Positions 13,770 to 27,778 of a stretch of DNA of 64,000 bases are shown in pieces. The DNA is taken from NCBI RefSeq assembly GCF_009914755.1, contig NC_060925.1. The stretch is one strand, 5' to 3'. The first letter of the stretch is position 1; each line of letters opens with the position of its first letter. Position numbers and translations under genes: made by a program. This DNA is from the human T2T-CHM13v2.0 reference genome, Homo sapiens. The notes under the pieces are model-generated. The model was not told the origin of the DNA, did not search any database, and saw nothing but the letters and a program-made list of their open reading frames with translations.

Positions 13770-15800
13770 AAGCAAAGATGGAAGACTGGGCATATAGATT
13801 ATATGTAGATGTATCTCCTCTTTCTGCAAGATCCTTTAAAATAATAATAAAAAGTTATCTCTCTATATTGAAGAGAATGAGAAATTTCAGCAAATTTCTT
13901 GAAGAAAGAAAATAGGTGAAATGGTGATACCTGGTGAAGTAGAGGAAAGGAGGGGCTACTACTAAGGAGAAAACTTGTGTTATGTCAACTTAAATTCAGA
14001 GCTAAAAGGAGGCATAGGAACTGAAGACATCAGGCATAATGGAGGGTGAAGTGGTATGTGGGGTTATAAACAGAGGCAATAATTGGAACTATAAATGGGA
14101 CAGTCAACATCTCCCTCACTCCCCACACTGGAGAGTAACATCGCGGCATTTCACCCCCTCAACTTATGCAAACAAACAAGCAAAACCACAAAAAATGTGA
14201 GGATTATCTTTAAGGAAATGAAATGAACTGTATGGCAGACCAATAAAGGAAGTTCAACATCTGACTAACAGGAATCCTACAAAAAGAAAGTAGAGCCATT
14301 TTGGCTTTCTGAGCAGCACCATGGTGGTTGGTAAGAACCAGCATCTTACTAAAGATGGCAAAAAGGGAGCCAAGAAGAAGGTGGTTGATCCATTTTCTAA
14401 GAAAGATTGCTATGATGTGAAAGCACCTGCTATGTTTAATATAAGAAATATTGGAAGGACACTAGTCACCAGGACCCAAGGAACCAAAATTGTATCTGAT
14501 GGCCTCAAGGGTCATATGAAGTGAGTCATGCTGATTTTCAGAATGATGAAGTTGTATTTAGAAAATTCAAGATGATTACTGAAGATGTTCAGGGCAAAAA
14601 CTGCCTGACTAACTTCCATGGCATGGATCTTACCCATGACACAATGTGTTCCATGGTCAAAAAATGGCAGACAATGATTGAAGCTCATGTCGATGTCAAG
14701 ACTAATGATGGCTACTTCTTTAATCTGTTCTGTGTTGGTTTTACGAAAAATGCAACAATCAGATATGGAAAACCACTTATGTTCAACACCAACAGGTCCG
14801 ATAAATCCAGAAGAAGATTTGGAAATCATGACCGGAGAGGTGCAGACAAATAACATGAAAGAAGTGGTCAATAAATTGATTCAATAATTGAAGCAATAAA
14901 TTGCTTCATCCAGACAGCATTGGAAGAGACATAGAAAAGTCTTGCCAATCTACTTATCCTCCCCATGATGTCTTTGTTAGGGGAGTAAAATTGCTCAAGA
15001 AGCCTGAGTTTGAATTGAGAAGACTCACGGAGTTTCATGGGGAAGGTAGTAGTTTGGGAAAAGCTACTGGGGATGAGACAGTTGATAAAGTTAAACGAGC
15101 TGATTGATATGAACCACCAGTCCAAAATGTGTTTAAAGTTCAGACTTACAGTAGAAGCAAATAAAAAGTCCTATTAGTGTAAAAAAAGAAAGTAGAGAAA
15201 ATAGAGGAGAGAAAATTGTCAAAGAAATAATAGAAGCAAATTCCTAGAGCCCAAGAGGGAAGTTTCCATATTGAAAGAGCCCACCACATTCCCAATGTAA
15301 CAAATACAAAATGACTCAAACCTTGATGGCTCATCATGAAATGTAACACTCAAGGATGAAATTCCTAAAGGCTTCCAAGAAGAAAACAAACAAAAATAGA
15401 GTGTCCACAAAGAAACAATACACAGGCTGGCATTGGACTTAGCAGTAGCTAAGATGTTGGTAGATCATGTTGGTAGACCATGTAGAAATGTCAACAAGTT
15501 TTTGAGGGAAAAAAAAGTTAACCTAAAGTTCTACACCTAGACTAATAGTCAAATATGAGGGTAGAATTATTTTTGGATTGAGACTAGAAAATTTTATCTC
15601 CCATGCACCTTTGTTAGGAAGTTGCTTGAGAATGTACTACATCTAAATGAAGAAGTAAACTAAGAGAATGAAATGAGATCCAGGATATGGAGGATCCAAC
15701 CCAGGAAAGTGACAAAATCCAACAAGTAGTCCTGGAGTCTGGCTCAGGAGATTGGACTGGGACAGGTCTGTTAGGGGAAGAGTTGCAACTGTATAGTATG
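13770..15800 (+). mobile_element. Ancient L1M (L1ME-like) 5'/ORF1 fragments, split by the RPS3A retrocopy
   Basis: After the TSD: gaaaatagaggagagaaaattgtcaaagaaataatagaagcaaattcc...catattgaaagagcccacc, resembling L1 ORF1 (KEIIxENF...IERAH). Confidence 0.6.
14296..15182 (+). pseudogene. RPS3AP10: RPS3A (40S ribosomal protein eS1) processed pseudogene, full length
   Basis: Four ORF fragments translate as RPS3A ([29 protein letters not shown]...; [11 protein letters not shown]...[15 protein letters not shown]; [13 protein letters not shown]...). No introns; frameshifts; a 28-nt insertion; GGA>TGA stop near the end. Native stop at 15134-15136, AATAAA at 15160-15165, perfect TSD aaaaagaaagtagag at 14281-14295 and 15183-15197. 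The pseudogene number is from memory of the locus and unverified. Confidence 0.95.
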
Positions 15801-15869
15801 ATTGAGAATTTTTTTATTTTTAGCGTCTTTTCCAGTGCATTAGCGGTTTAGCTGGAACCCAGAAGTCAG

Positions 15870-17200
15870 TATTGACACGTAGAGTTATTTTATTATTTAA
15901 ATTGCATTCTAATTCATATTGTGATTTCTTTGTTATTTAGATGGTGTATTTCTTATTTTCTAAACTTATGGGGCTTCTAGTAATCTTTTTCTTATTGATT
16001 TCTGGCTTAATTGCATTGTGGTTAAAGACACTTGGTTTGATTTCTATCCTTTGGAATTTGTTGAGATTTGCTTTATGGTGCAGCATATAGTAAATTTTTT
16101 AAAAGTGTTCTGAGTGTGCTTGAAAAGAATGTGTAATTTGCAGTTTCTGGGTGCAGTGTTCTAAATATGTCAATTAGGATAGGTTTGTTACACGTTATTC
16201 AAATTTTCTGTATCCTTACTGATTTTTGCCTGCTTGTTTTATCAATTTCTGAGGGACGTGTATTTAAATCTCCCACTGTTTTTATAGATTTGTTTACTTT
16301 CTTAGTAGTTCAGTCAGATTTTGCTTCATTTGTTTTGAAACTACATTATTAAGTACATAAAAATTTTAAAGTGTTATGTCTTCCTGGTAAATTAAGCCTT
16401 TTATCATAATGAAGTATTCTCTTAATCTCTAGTAAAAGGCTTTTTGCCTTTAGCTCTATGATAGAACTTATCAGCCTTCTTCAAGGTAGCTTTTGTATGG
16501 CATATTTTTTGTTTTGTTTTCTTTCTTTTTTTTTTTTTTTTTTACTGTCAGTCTCTCTGTTTCCAGTTCTACATGTATCTCTTGTGAAGAGCACATGGTT
16601 GTGTTTTGTTTTTATGTCCAGGTGGATAATCTTCGCTTTTAATTGGAGCACTGGGTCTACATACATTTAATATAGCCATTGATTCATGTGGGTTTAAATC
16701 TCTCATCTTACTCTGTTTCTTTTAGATTGATTTTTCAAAAAGCATTTCCCTCTTCTATTAGTTTTGAAGTTATATACTTTTATTATTCTTTCATTGATTA
16801 CCTAAGAGATGACAACTTTGACTTATCACGGTTCACCATCAGTTGGCACTTTTACCCTCTCCCCAGAAAATGCAAAGATCTAAGGTACTTAAACTCCATT
16901 TACCTCCTTCTGACTTATATGCCATTGTTGTCATGTATTTTAGCTTATGCATATTTTAAACTCCAATGACATATTTAATGTTGGTTTATATAGCCAACTC
17001 TGCACACATATTTTCCTTTTTCATTTCTTTCCACATCTGTGTCATTTCATCTGGAATAATTTTTCTCCCACTTGAAACACTCATGTTAATGTTTTCTTTA
17101 AGGCAGATCTGGATGTGACAAACTCTTTTGGTTTTGTTTGTCTGAAAATGCTTTTATTCTAAATTCACTTTTGTTTGCTGCCTCCAGTGAGAATTTTCAT
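15870..17200 (-). mobile_element. Ancient L1M fragment (ORF1/ORF2 5' region), antisense
   Basis: T-rich L1 antisense text, e.g. aatttgttgagatttgctttatgg, gtgcttgaaaagaatgtgta, tatccttactgatttttgcctgcttgttttatca. Confidence 0.75.
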
Positions 17201-17519
17201 TTGCTTCTTTGAGGCACCTGGGGGCCTGAGCAATCAGGGTCACCTTAATCCTATTTCAGTGGTTGAGTAGATTGGAAGTTGAACTGGTCACTGCAAAGGC
17301 TGGTACACCCCTGGTTCACCCTCACAGCATTTCAAGGTTCCAAACAAAAACAGGAGGAGTTTATTAGGTTTTCCTCATAAATTTTGTTCCCTTTACTACC
17401 TGGAGGCTTTCAAAACTTCTGAAATTAGAAAATATACCTAAGGGAAAGATGTTGGTCTCACTTCTCTATATTTCCAATCTTCTACGTATTGGCTTGGTGA
17501 TTTTTCACTATCCTCTTAG

Positions 17520-17755
17520 CTCTCCAATATTTTCAGCTGACTTCTTCCCATCTTTTTCCCTCAGCTCCTTTGTCCCTCTCTCTTTCTCCCCTCCCTCTTT
17601 TCCTTCTTTTCTTCTTTCCCTCCTTTCTTTATTCTCCCTTCCTTCCTTCCCTCTCTTTCCTCTTCTCCCTTATTCCCTCCTTTCTCCTTTCCTCCCTTCT
17701 TTGCTTTTTCATTCTTTCCCTCCCTCTTTTCATCCTTTCTCTCTTCTTTTTTTGG
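17520..17755. repeat. CT-rich low-complexity polypyrimidine tract
   Basis: About 230 bp almost entirely C/T. Confidence 0.9.
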
Positions 17756-20700
17756 TGAGAAAAGTTTTGGTGCATAAAGGAGTGTTTTTCAAGTTAACTG
17801 AAAAATTTTCTCACATGTACAAAACCTAATTTTCCAGGAATGTTCTATAATTGAAGAACCTAAAACACACTGATGTTTTTGTAGAGATCATTTCAATGTA
17901 ATGAAGACTGCTTGAGCTCCAAATGTTTGTCAGCACTGTGCTAGGCACAATTGCTGCCTTGAGGAACTTATGGTCTTGTAAGTGTGACAAACCCATAGGA
18001 GATAAGTACATATAACAGAATGATTGTTGACAAGACATCTATTTTGTGGTATTGAATGATTCTCTATAGAGAAATATTCATCCCTGAAACAGAGAAGTCC
18101 AGGCACTGAAAACCATTTATAACAGGAAGCAGAGTTTTATTATGCAGAATACAGCAAAGTCCTGATGCTCACATGATGCACATGACGAGACTTTCTAAAT
18201 TTTCTTTCAGAACATTCTCATTTATCTTTCCAGGATCCTCATCTTTCTTATGAGAAAAAAGAGAATAAATCTCTTATTTTAAAACTGATTTCATCTAAAT
18301 AGTTTAAGATGGATCTTTTCAAATTACAGAATCAGAGCCATAGGATGACAGATGTGTACCTATCTGTGGGATCAAACACTCGATATCTTTCCTGTAGTCA
18401 GAGGGCCTGATCCTGCTGGCCCAGCTTCAAGACCAAAGTCCAACCCAGATTAAGAGGTGGAAGAGCAAGTTTCAAGTCCCAGCCCTGACATTTACTGGAT
18501 CTATGACCTTGGGCCAGTCATCTGTGTGACACCCCTTCCCCCACTTGACAGGTAGGAGATATTCAATAAATGTTGAACCAAGCATCTTTGTCTCATTTTC
18601 TATACCTGAAAAACGTGAGTAGATGCTGTTGTGAGAATATAGTAAATGAGATAATGCAGGTGACAAGCCTTTGTTAATGGTAAAGGACAATACAGATTGG
18701 GGAGGATTGACTGGCACACATATGTGGTCATGTCAATGCTGAGTTGATTTTCTTATCCCCAAACTGGATATAAGATTCATGGTTAAAGTACGGCTGTTTT
18801 TTTTTTTTTTTTCTTTGTGGGAGGTGGTTAACCTCAACAAGGTTCATGCTGTTTTTTGATGACAGGATATTGGAGGAAATAGGATACTCTTTAGAGTCAA
18901 ATGAGAGGAGTGGAAAACAAATCATCTCCACTGGCAATGCTAGTGAGGTCTAATGAAAAACAAGGGCTGTCTTTTATCCAATGATCATATTTTCTTCCTG
19001 AGCATAACCTAATTGTATTATTGAATGTTCTGGAGCCCTCCTCACTTATTAAACTATTATAATCCTTTACTTATGGGTTTCAAGATATCATTATGGTCTC
19101 CTCCCCCTAATGAAATGAAAGGTTTTAACTGAGTTAGCCCATCAACAGTCCCTGATGAAGCCTGACAGATCTCTTTTTGGACTAAATAGGCTTGATAACA
19201 ATAATGCCAGGGCCACATTCTTTCTCTAAACTCACTTTCCTGAGCTAAGCGAGTGATCAGAAAGCATTTATGATATCTTCAGAGTCAGAATGGAATTAGT
19301 ACACCTATGGGTCCACCTCCTAGAGACCTGTACGGAATCTAACACTCTTGAAAACTTCCTTGTGTGGACTGAACTGCAAGACTCGGCCTTCTGAGTGGGT
19401 GGGTGTTGAGGGTCTGATCTGAAGACAGGCAGGAGGGAGAAGACAGAGCAGCCCCTTCTTGGAGTTCCCCTGGGAGACGTACACAGATGGTTGCTACACT
19501 ATGCAGTTGGTGGGAATGAAAGTCCCTTTTGTGAAGGGAAGGTCCTGATTTTGGTCACTTATTGGAGTCCCTGGCAGAAGTGGCCATTAATCAGAGTCAG
19601 CTTCTTAATCTGGCTGGTAAAGCTGATAGATTTCCAAATCTTGGGTCAGGAGAGAGCAAACTGGGGTGGGTGGCACTTAAATGCACAAAGTGATGAGGTC
19701 ACAGATGGATTTTGAGGGTGGACGTGGCAAAAGTGGGGGCTGGAGCAAGAAAGCCCAGCAGGCAGGTGCTGTTAAGGTGCTAGAGGGTGGCAGGAGCGAT
19801 TGTTGAGTCTACCATCTGGGCTTCTCCTTCCAAAATTCACTCCCCTTCCGCAGATGCCAATGCTTCTCAGAGGTTTATAGAACCAAAAAGAACCTGCACT
19901 CCAACTGTTGATGATACCGATGAAGTGTCCTTCATTTTCTGTTGAATGAATATGGTCATTTTTCTTTAACAGAATATAAAGACTTGTTTTATTAAGCACG
20001 TTCTATCTTTCAGACATCCTGCTAAAGTTTTGTATGCATTATTGTCTTTTATATTTATTACAGTCCCTTTGAGTTAATTTACTATTTGTAGATAAGGAAA
20101 CGGAGGCTCAGAATGGTTGAGTAACTTGCCCTCTGTCACACATCTCATTTCTACTCAACACAATAAAAAGGCCCATTATTCATGTATTCAGTCCATGAAT
20201 TCTCCTTGAGATGCTTACTATGTGGAAGCCAGAAATACTAGAAGCTCACCACCCTGTTTCTTTTGGACTTGGCTTCATTTCTTTGTAATTTGCTCAGCTA
20301 ACCTAAAAGCTCCTGGACAAACCCTGAATAATATTATTTTGAAAAGCCTCCAGGGAAGAAAGTTTTTTCAGTTTTCTTGGTAACTTAAGATTCCCATAAC
20401 TTCTAGGGATTTCTTAAGGGCTAACCTATGACCATTTTGCTACAGTTGAAACCAATTCCTCATGATAAGTGGAGAACAGCCAGAGCTGGAGGGAAGTCTT
20501 TGAGAACAACCTGTCCTTGGAGGAAGGTAGATGTTGTTAGCAATGAGCTGGAGCCACAGGGTCAAAGGATACTAGAGCTAACTGGAACCTCAACAGACAA
20601 CACGACTCTAACTCCCCCACTTTCCAGGAAAGAAAATGAGCTGGGGGAGAATGAACCTTTCCCCCAAATCACTGAGCTATGTCATGGCAGAGCTAGAACC

Positions 20701-20970
20701 AGTGTTTTGGGCTGCTTATTTCCAGGGAGGCAGAATACGTGGGAGAAATAGCCAGAGCTTTGAAGGCAGGCAGGTCAGGATTCAAATCCTTGTTCTGCAT
20801 TTCCTAGCTGTAGAACTGGGCAGGCTTTTCAATTGTATATATTTTGTGCCTTGGTTTATTCATCTGTGAAGCGGGCCTGGTAAATGCGATAATGTACGTG
20901 AGTCCCTGTGGCACAGCAGGGACTCAATTAATATTTCTTTCCCTACTCAGGACCCAATCTTTTTATTGAC

Positions 20971-21500
20971 TGTATTCGTTAATGTACAAATCACACCAAA
21001 ACGTAGTGACTTGAAACAACAATGATCATTTACTTTCTCTAACAATTGCTGTCGGTCAGGAATTTGGGAGGGGCTTGGTTGGGTGGTTCTGGCTTGAGAG
21101 TCTCTCATGAGGTTGCAGTCAGATGTCAGCTGTGACTTGACTGAAGAGGGAACATTCAACATTAAGAAGTCTCACTCCTTAATGGCAAATTGGTGCTGGC
21201 TGTTGGCAGTGGGGCAGCGGGGTGGAGGGAGGTGTCTCAGCTCTTGTCACATGGGCCTCTCTATAGGACTGCCTGAGTAACCTCACAACATGGTGTCTGA
21301 ATTCCCCTGGAGTGAGTGATCCAAGAGACCAAGGTGAAATCTGCAATGCCATTTGTGATTTATCCTTGAAATTCACATACTTCTGCTATATTCTATTGGC
21401 CACACAGGGCCAATCCTGATTCACAGGGTGAAGGGACCATACAGGGCACAAATATCAGGAGAAGAGGATCACTGGTGGCCAGCTGACATACTACCCCACA
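20971..21500 (-). mobile_element. MaLR solo LTR (MLT1F-like)
   Basis: tgtatt...caaatcacaccaaaacgtagtgacttgaaacaac...ggtcaggaatttgggag...; about 530 bp ending in ca. Confidence 0.75.
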
Positions 21501-22129
21501 AATGAGGGCCTATTCCTCAACTCACAATCATGCAAGGGTGTTATGTCCCCACTTGACTTCCTGTGTCTTGAGTGTTGTTAGTATTTTCAAAAGTCACCCA
21601 TAGATCCTCAAGGAAGACAAGGACTGTACCCTCCTGAGCATGTTCTGAAGTTCTGGGAACACTGCTTATAATTAGCCAAGCAATAATTCCCACCACTGAG
21701 CTGACTCCAAGGCTCATCTGCTTGCTTTTCTGGAGGTTTTTAAATAGACAGGGATGTGTTAGTGACACAGTACATTATCTGTCTGTTACCATTTTGGCAG
21801 GCAACGTAGAAACGTGACTTTTTAAAGGAAGAGTTAATCAGTGTTAAGGCAGCTCCTACGGCACAGGCATGCAGCAGTGCTACAGACTGCCTGGGAAGGC
21901 TGGGGCTGCAGAACACCAGGGCCCTAACGTCATGCCCTTTGAGTGTCCCCTGGGCATGACCTGGAAGCAGAGCTGGATGAGACACTGCTGGAGCTCCTGG
22001 TGCCCTGGCTTAGCTGGGCTCATTACTACTGACATCTTCCCACTTCCTCTTCACTTGGAAAGCATTGAATCTGCTCCCAAATTCAGCATCATTCCCAAGG
22101 AGGAAGCCTGTGAAGTGCGATTCTTGCTT

Positions 22130-23000
22130 ATTTGCTGATGACTTTCAAATCTGTATGTCTACTCTGCCCCCCCACCAAATCTATCTCTTGAGCTCTAAAC
22201 TACTCACTGCTCATTTTCATTTGGATGTCCTACAAGCATGTTGAAAGCTGAACTCATAATTTTCTTCTCACCCAAATTTCCAAATCCTCCTGTGTTTTCT
22301 ACCTCAGTAAATGACACCACCATTCTTTCCATTGCCTAAGCCAGAAACCTAAATTGTATGACATGATGATTAAGAGGGAAGGATAAGAGGATTGGAGCTT
22401 TTGTGCCTGTCCTGAATCTCAGCTCTGCCATTTATAAACTGGTGGTCTTTGAAAATTTGCTTTGCTTAATGTCTCAGTTTCTTCTTTTGTGGAAATGGAG
22501 ATAATAATAGAAATAATCAAAGAAAATGGTTAGGAGAATTAAAAAAGGAAGGTGCTTGGCATATAGCAGGAACTCAAAAAGTGCTCTAGAAATCGTTAGA
22601 CTCTTTGGATTCTATCTCCTAAATATTTCCTGAATTCACTCACTTCCTTATATTTGCCATCCCCAGCCTCAGGCACCATCATTGCTCAGCTGTACAATTG
22701 CTTCTTGATAAGAAGAATCTGCAGCCAGAGAGATAGTTCAAAAGTACAGATATGGGGGATGTTACATCCCAGCTCAGCTCCCACATCCTCTTGTTCTTAG
22801 GATTTGAAACAAATTCTTTACATGGCCCAAAGGGCTCTGTGGGCTTTGACCCTACTTCCTCTCCAGCCTCACACCCTTTCCTTTTACTGACCTTCTTTTA
22901 TTTCCTCTGATGGAGAATGCTAGCTCTTACCTTCAGGCCTCACACTAGCTCTTTCCTCTTCAAAGAAAAATTCCCCCTGTTAAGCCCTTTCTCAGCATTC
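22130..23000 (+). mobile_element. L2 fragment with a nested MIR (about 22360-22590)
   Basis: catttggatgtcc...ctcagtaaatgacaccacc...aagccagaaacct; MIR core tctcagtttcttcttttgtggaaatggagataataatag. Confidence 0.65.
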
Positions 23001-23307
23001 ACTGTAGATCTTATTGTTGAGAAAGAAAGGGAGAGGCAGGTAGAGGTGAATCAGATAAAGATGTTTGTCGCTTCCTTTCACACTACTCCTAGGCCTTCTT
23101 AGTTGATTTTTGACTCTTAGGTTTCTCAGTTGTCTGAACGGCTGTGGATGGAGGATTCCTTAGGTCCGATCTTGGGTTTTCCTGGATGTACCCTGTGACA
23201 CCTCTGACCCTGCCCCCTCTGCCCGGCTCTCATTCCTTTTCATCCTTTAATCTCGGCTAAAGATCACCTTTTGGGAAACAGGTTCAGATCTGCTGGTCTT
23301 GGCCAGG

Positions 23308-23546
23308 CTCCTCTCATCTCCTACCTCAGTCTTGCTGGTTATTCTTTCCTCACCTCCTCCCTCAGTCTTGATGGTTATCCTCTCCTTACCTCTTCCCTCA
23401 GTCTTGCTGGCTATCCTCTCCTCGCCTCCTCCCTCAGTCTTGCTGTTTATTCTCTTCTCAACTCCTCCCTTAGTCTTGTGACTAATCTTCACTCACCTCC
23501 TCCCTCAGTTTTGCTGTTTATTCTCCACTCGTCTTCTCCTTCAATC
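23308..23546. repeat. 36-bp minisatellite, about 6.5 diverged copies
   Basis: Anchor ct(c/t)agt recurs at 23325, 23361, 23397, 23433, 23469 and 23504; approximate unit ctcagtcttgctggttatcctctcctcacctcctcc. Confidence 0.9.
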
Positions 23547-26169
23547 AATAAGGCTTTGCTGAAATGACTTGGTCATCCACAGCTCAGGCTTACCTCTATG
23601 TCCTCTGTGGCTCTGTAGTGACTGGTGCTTAATAAACATGTGTTGAATTAATACATGAATGGGTTGCTACAACTTTTCAAGTCTATATGCTATGAATATC
23701 CAAAGGGCTACCAACGCTGCCTCTTTCTAATATTTTACTCTTATTTAAGAAGTGGGTACACAAATCAAATTCTTAGCTTGAGTGTGTTTGACAATTCCCT
23801 GAAAAAAAAAATGACATCCAGAATTCCTGTTTTTCACCCAGCAGATATTTTTTGAGCATTTCATATGTACCAGGAGATACTGAAGATGTAAAGTTGAATA
23901 TGACATAGTCTCAGGCTTCCTATTGTCACAGAGTTTTCAGTCAATAATTAAATGAGGTATTGGGCAAACATTTGTTGAATGAATGAATAAATGATGAATA
24001 AAAGTATTTAATCTTAAAAACAAAACATTTTAACTTTATAATTGTTTAAAGACAACTGAATGTGTGTTGCTATTGTGCAGTTGGAAACCTATATTCAAAT
24101 TCATTCATTCATTTATTCATTCATTCAAATTATAGTTATTGAGCATCTGTTACATTTTGAGTACATGAATATCTACTGGTTTCTGGATTTGAGCCATTAA
24201 CCCCACCCAAACTGGAAAAATATTATGGGCCCTTCAAGACCAAATGAAATGTCAACAAAAAAGAGCTATTTGCAATGCAAATGTGAAGTCACCAGTCTTT
24301 GTAATAAACAGGCTGAGGAAAAAAAAACCATGCAAGCTTCTTGGGAGATCAGGCTTAGTAGTTTTGATGAATTACAAAAGCAGTGAAAATCTGGGAACTT
24401 CTAATTTGTTTGTCTTCATATCTAAGGTCAACAGCATCAATCTGTACTTGGGCAGGCCTGCCAGATCATTAGGCCTATCTGTAAACCAACCAGTTTCTGC
24501 CTGTAGGTCAGTGATTCTTAGCCTTTTATAGGACACACACCCTTTGGAGGATCTGCTGAAAGCAACAAATCCTCTCCCAGGAAAATGTAGGCTCTTATTG
24601 TTTCAAGAGCTGGAAATCTCCATTTGCGTCACTTTTAATCACAGCCCTTCTCTCTGCAGGAACCTGGTACAGTTTCCTCAAGGGGCTGAGCTAGAAGTTA
24701 ATTTGAGGGATTCTCCATTCGCATTGACTCCATCTTACCATAGGTTCTTTCCTCAGTGGTGTTAAGAGAACTTGCAGTATGCATTTCTTCCAGTTCTTTG
24801 GTGGGGGAGGACTGTCTTAGAATGACGTGGTTAGATGTCGGCCCACCCTATATGGTCATTGTCTTAATCAAATCAACCAAACCCTAGCTGTCCCACCCTT
24901 CATCCTAGACAGATACTGTGGATGTGCCAGGAATGGGTCAGAGGCACACAGGCATGTCATTGTTTATTAAAAACCCTGATTGCTCTGTGCCTGATTTGTA
25001 TCTGAGCCCTCCTGATGTCTTCTGTCCCTGAAATCCCTAGGAATTTTCCGGCCTGACTCAAAATGCATGGTAGCTTCGGTGACATGCTGTTCCTGGCAGA
25101 CACTCTGACACCTCACTCCAGGTGGGAGGACCTCAGGCCAGGGCTGGCAAAGAGCCACTACCAGCTGGAGCTGCCAAGGTCAAGGCCTGTGAACATGCCC
25201 ACCCGGACTCTGCCAGCCCTAGGCTTTCACAATTCACCATTTTAGCTTCCCAGGGTTTGACAAAAACCCAGCTTTTACACTGCAAGCGTTGCATGAAACT
25301 GCCTGTTTGAAATATATTAGCAGCTGCTGTCATATCCAGCTGGCAGGGCGCCAGAGAAGGAAATTAAACTGCACTTCCCCAGCCTTCCCTACCTCCTGTT
25401 AACCAATCGATTCTGTTCAGTGTGCGCCTGAGAGTGCTAAGTCTTGCCACTTGCCAGGACCATGGTGCTTGGAGTTCTCGGTGAATTCAGATGCCCATTG
25501 AGCCTCTGCCAACTCACTGATGGGCCCAGAGAGTCTAACATTATCCCATGGAGAAGGATCCTAGCCTGCCCGGTGTTGGACCCTGAAGTGAGAGGGGCCT
25601 ATGGACAGACAAAGAAGGGATGTGGTTGCCCACATGCCAATTGGACTTTTCAATGACAGGGAGGAAATAATTTATAAAAGTCAGAGAAGTGATATGTAAT
25701 ATATGCCAACAGCTTAAGAAATCAGCATGTGAGTAAAAAATTATGGTTCTATCTATTCTATAACAATAAAACTAAAATCTTTCATTGAGAGAAAAATAAC
25801 AAGTATATTAAGTGTCTTCTTATGGAGACTCCTACTACTACCATGCCCAAGGAATCTGTCCCTCTTTTCCCAACCATTTTACCCAGGTCTGCTGGAGGCC
25901 ACAGTGGCATGGAAGGCCCCTCCTGGCCACTAGTTTACCATCCACTAGGGCAGACAGCAGCCATACACATTATGCCTGCAACACAGAATGTGATAAACAC
26001 TTGCTTAAGAGAAGAAGTATTTACACTGAACACAGGGGCACAGCTCACACCCATCCATTTGTCCAGCAGACTTTTACTGAGCTCTTACCATATTCCCAGA
26101 ACGATTATTGCATTTGGGATTCAAAGATGAAAACAAACACGTAGTCTCTACCCTCAAGGAGTTTATAGT

Positions 26170-26400
26170 TAGTATGGAGATAAGAATACAACTTTTGTAG
26201 AGAAAGACTTGGGTTCAAGTCCAAGCTATGCTTTTTAGCAGCTGAATAACCTTGGGCAAGTCACTTTTTTATTCTCAGCCTCCATTTCCTCATTAACAAA
26301 ATGGAGGAGTATGAGAAAACCTCAAAGGGGTGGTGAGGATGAAATGAGATTAGGCATGTGTGAGGTTTTGTAAGAAAGTGGTAAAGCACTGGATAAATGG
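26170..26400 (+). mobile_element. MIR
   Basis: agacttgggttcaagtcc...accttgggcaagtcactt...ctcagcctccatttcctcatt...gtgaggatgaaatgagat. Confidence 0.8.
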
Positions 26401-26699
26401 GAGTTATCTTGGCCCTCGGGTGGGTTGAGAGCTTGGCAGGCTGATGGAGGTCTCCTGGCTTGGAGACCTCTCTGTAAGACCTGACTACTTCCTCTGCTGG
26501 GATCTGGGGATCCTGCAATCTCAGGGCTGCAGGGAGGAAGCCTGGGCACACCACCCATTTCTCTGCCTGCTGGACGTGCCTTCTGGGGAATAGGACCTCC
26601 TGTCTATACAGCCAACCTAATTCTCCTTGTTAAAACATCTAGAACCCTGGGAGGGTCCTACCAAGATGTGGTGTAAAACCTGCTGAGAATCTGGCCTCT

Positions 26700-27060
26700 T
26701 ATTTATTTATTATTTTTAACTTTTATTCTGGAAAATTTCAAACATATACAAAGGTAGAGAAAATAGTGTAATGAACTCCTATGTACCCATCCTGTAATGC
26801 CAACAATTATCAATACATATGAAAAATTGTTTCACCCATAACCCCACTACTCGTCCTGTACCTTGGATTATTTTAAAAGAAAGCATTTTAGAAAACATAA
26901 TTACATAAGAGTGTTATTGCACCTAAAATTAAAAAAATTCTTTATACTATCAAATATTTTGTCAGAGTTTACTTTTCCCTGATTGTCTTATAAATGGTTT
27001 TATGAGGTATATTTTAAAAAATCAGAACATGAATAAGGTCCACACAATGTATTTTGTTGC
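26700..27060 (-). mobile_element. L1MC/L1ME 3' end fragment
   Basis: ttttattctggaaaatttcaaacatatacaaaggtagagaaaatagtgtaatgaactcctatgtacccatc. Confidence 0.7.
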
Positions 27061-27464
27061 TGTTTTGGCATGTACGCTGATGGAATGACCTGATAGGGAG
27101 GAGAAAGCTGTAGATGCAGGAAAGTGAGAGGATAATTCAGGATTAAAGTGCTCTTGAATATGCCGGGTCCAGAGCACAAGTGGAGAAGCTGACTTTAGAG
27201 AGGAGTGGAGATACTTTTCCAACTAAACAAAGGAGGAGACAGGGTATGCAGCTTTAGAGGCAGGCAGATGGGAAGGTGGGGCAATTCTTATCTGATGGCT
27301 TTTATTTTCTCAATAAAGTGTGATGAGAATAAGAGAATTGATTTGACCTGACAAGAGTGAGAGGACTACTCAGAACCATCTTCATTTGATAAATAAAGAA
27401 AGCAAGGACCAGAGAAAAGATCTGCCCAAGGTTCCAGAGCTCGTTAAGGACAGGCAGAACCTAG

Positions 27465-27778
<314 letters not shown>

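Noticed and set aside
14321-15107. RPS3A-like ORFs as a functional gene
   Set aside because: Frameshifts, an insertion, a premature stop, no introns and TSDs mark a processed pseudogene.
17449-17829. Hydrophobic F/L/S/P-rich ORFs resembling a membrane protein
   Set aside because: Translation artefact of a CT-rich low-complexity tract.
23308-23546. 36-bp periodicity as a CRISPR-like array
   Set aside because: Units are contiguous with no unique spacers, there are no cas genes, and the context is human; it is a minisatellite.
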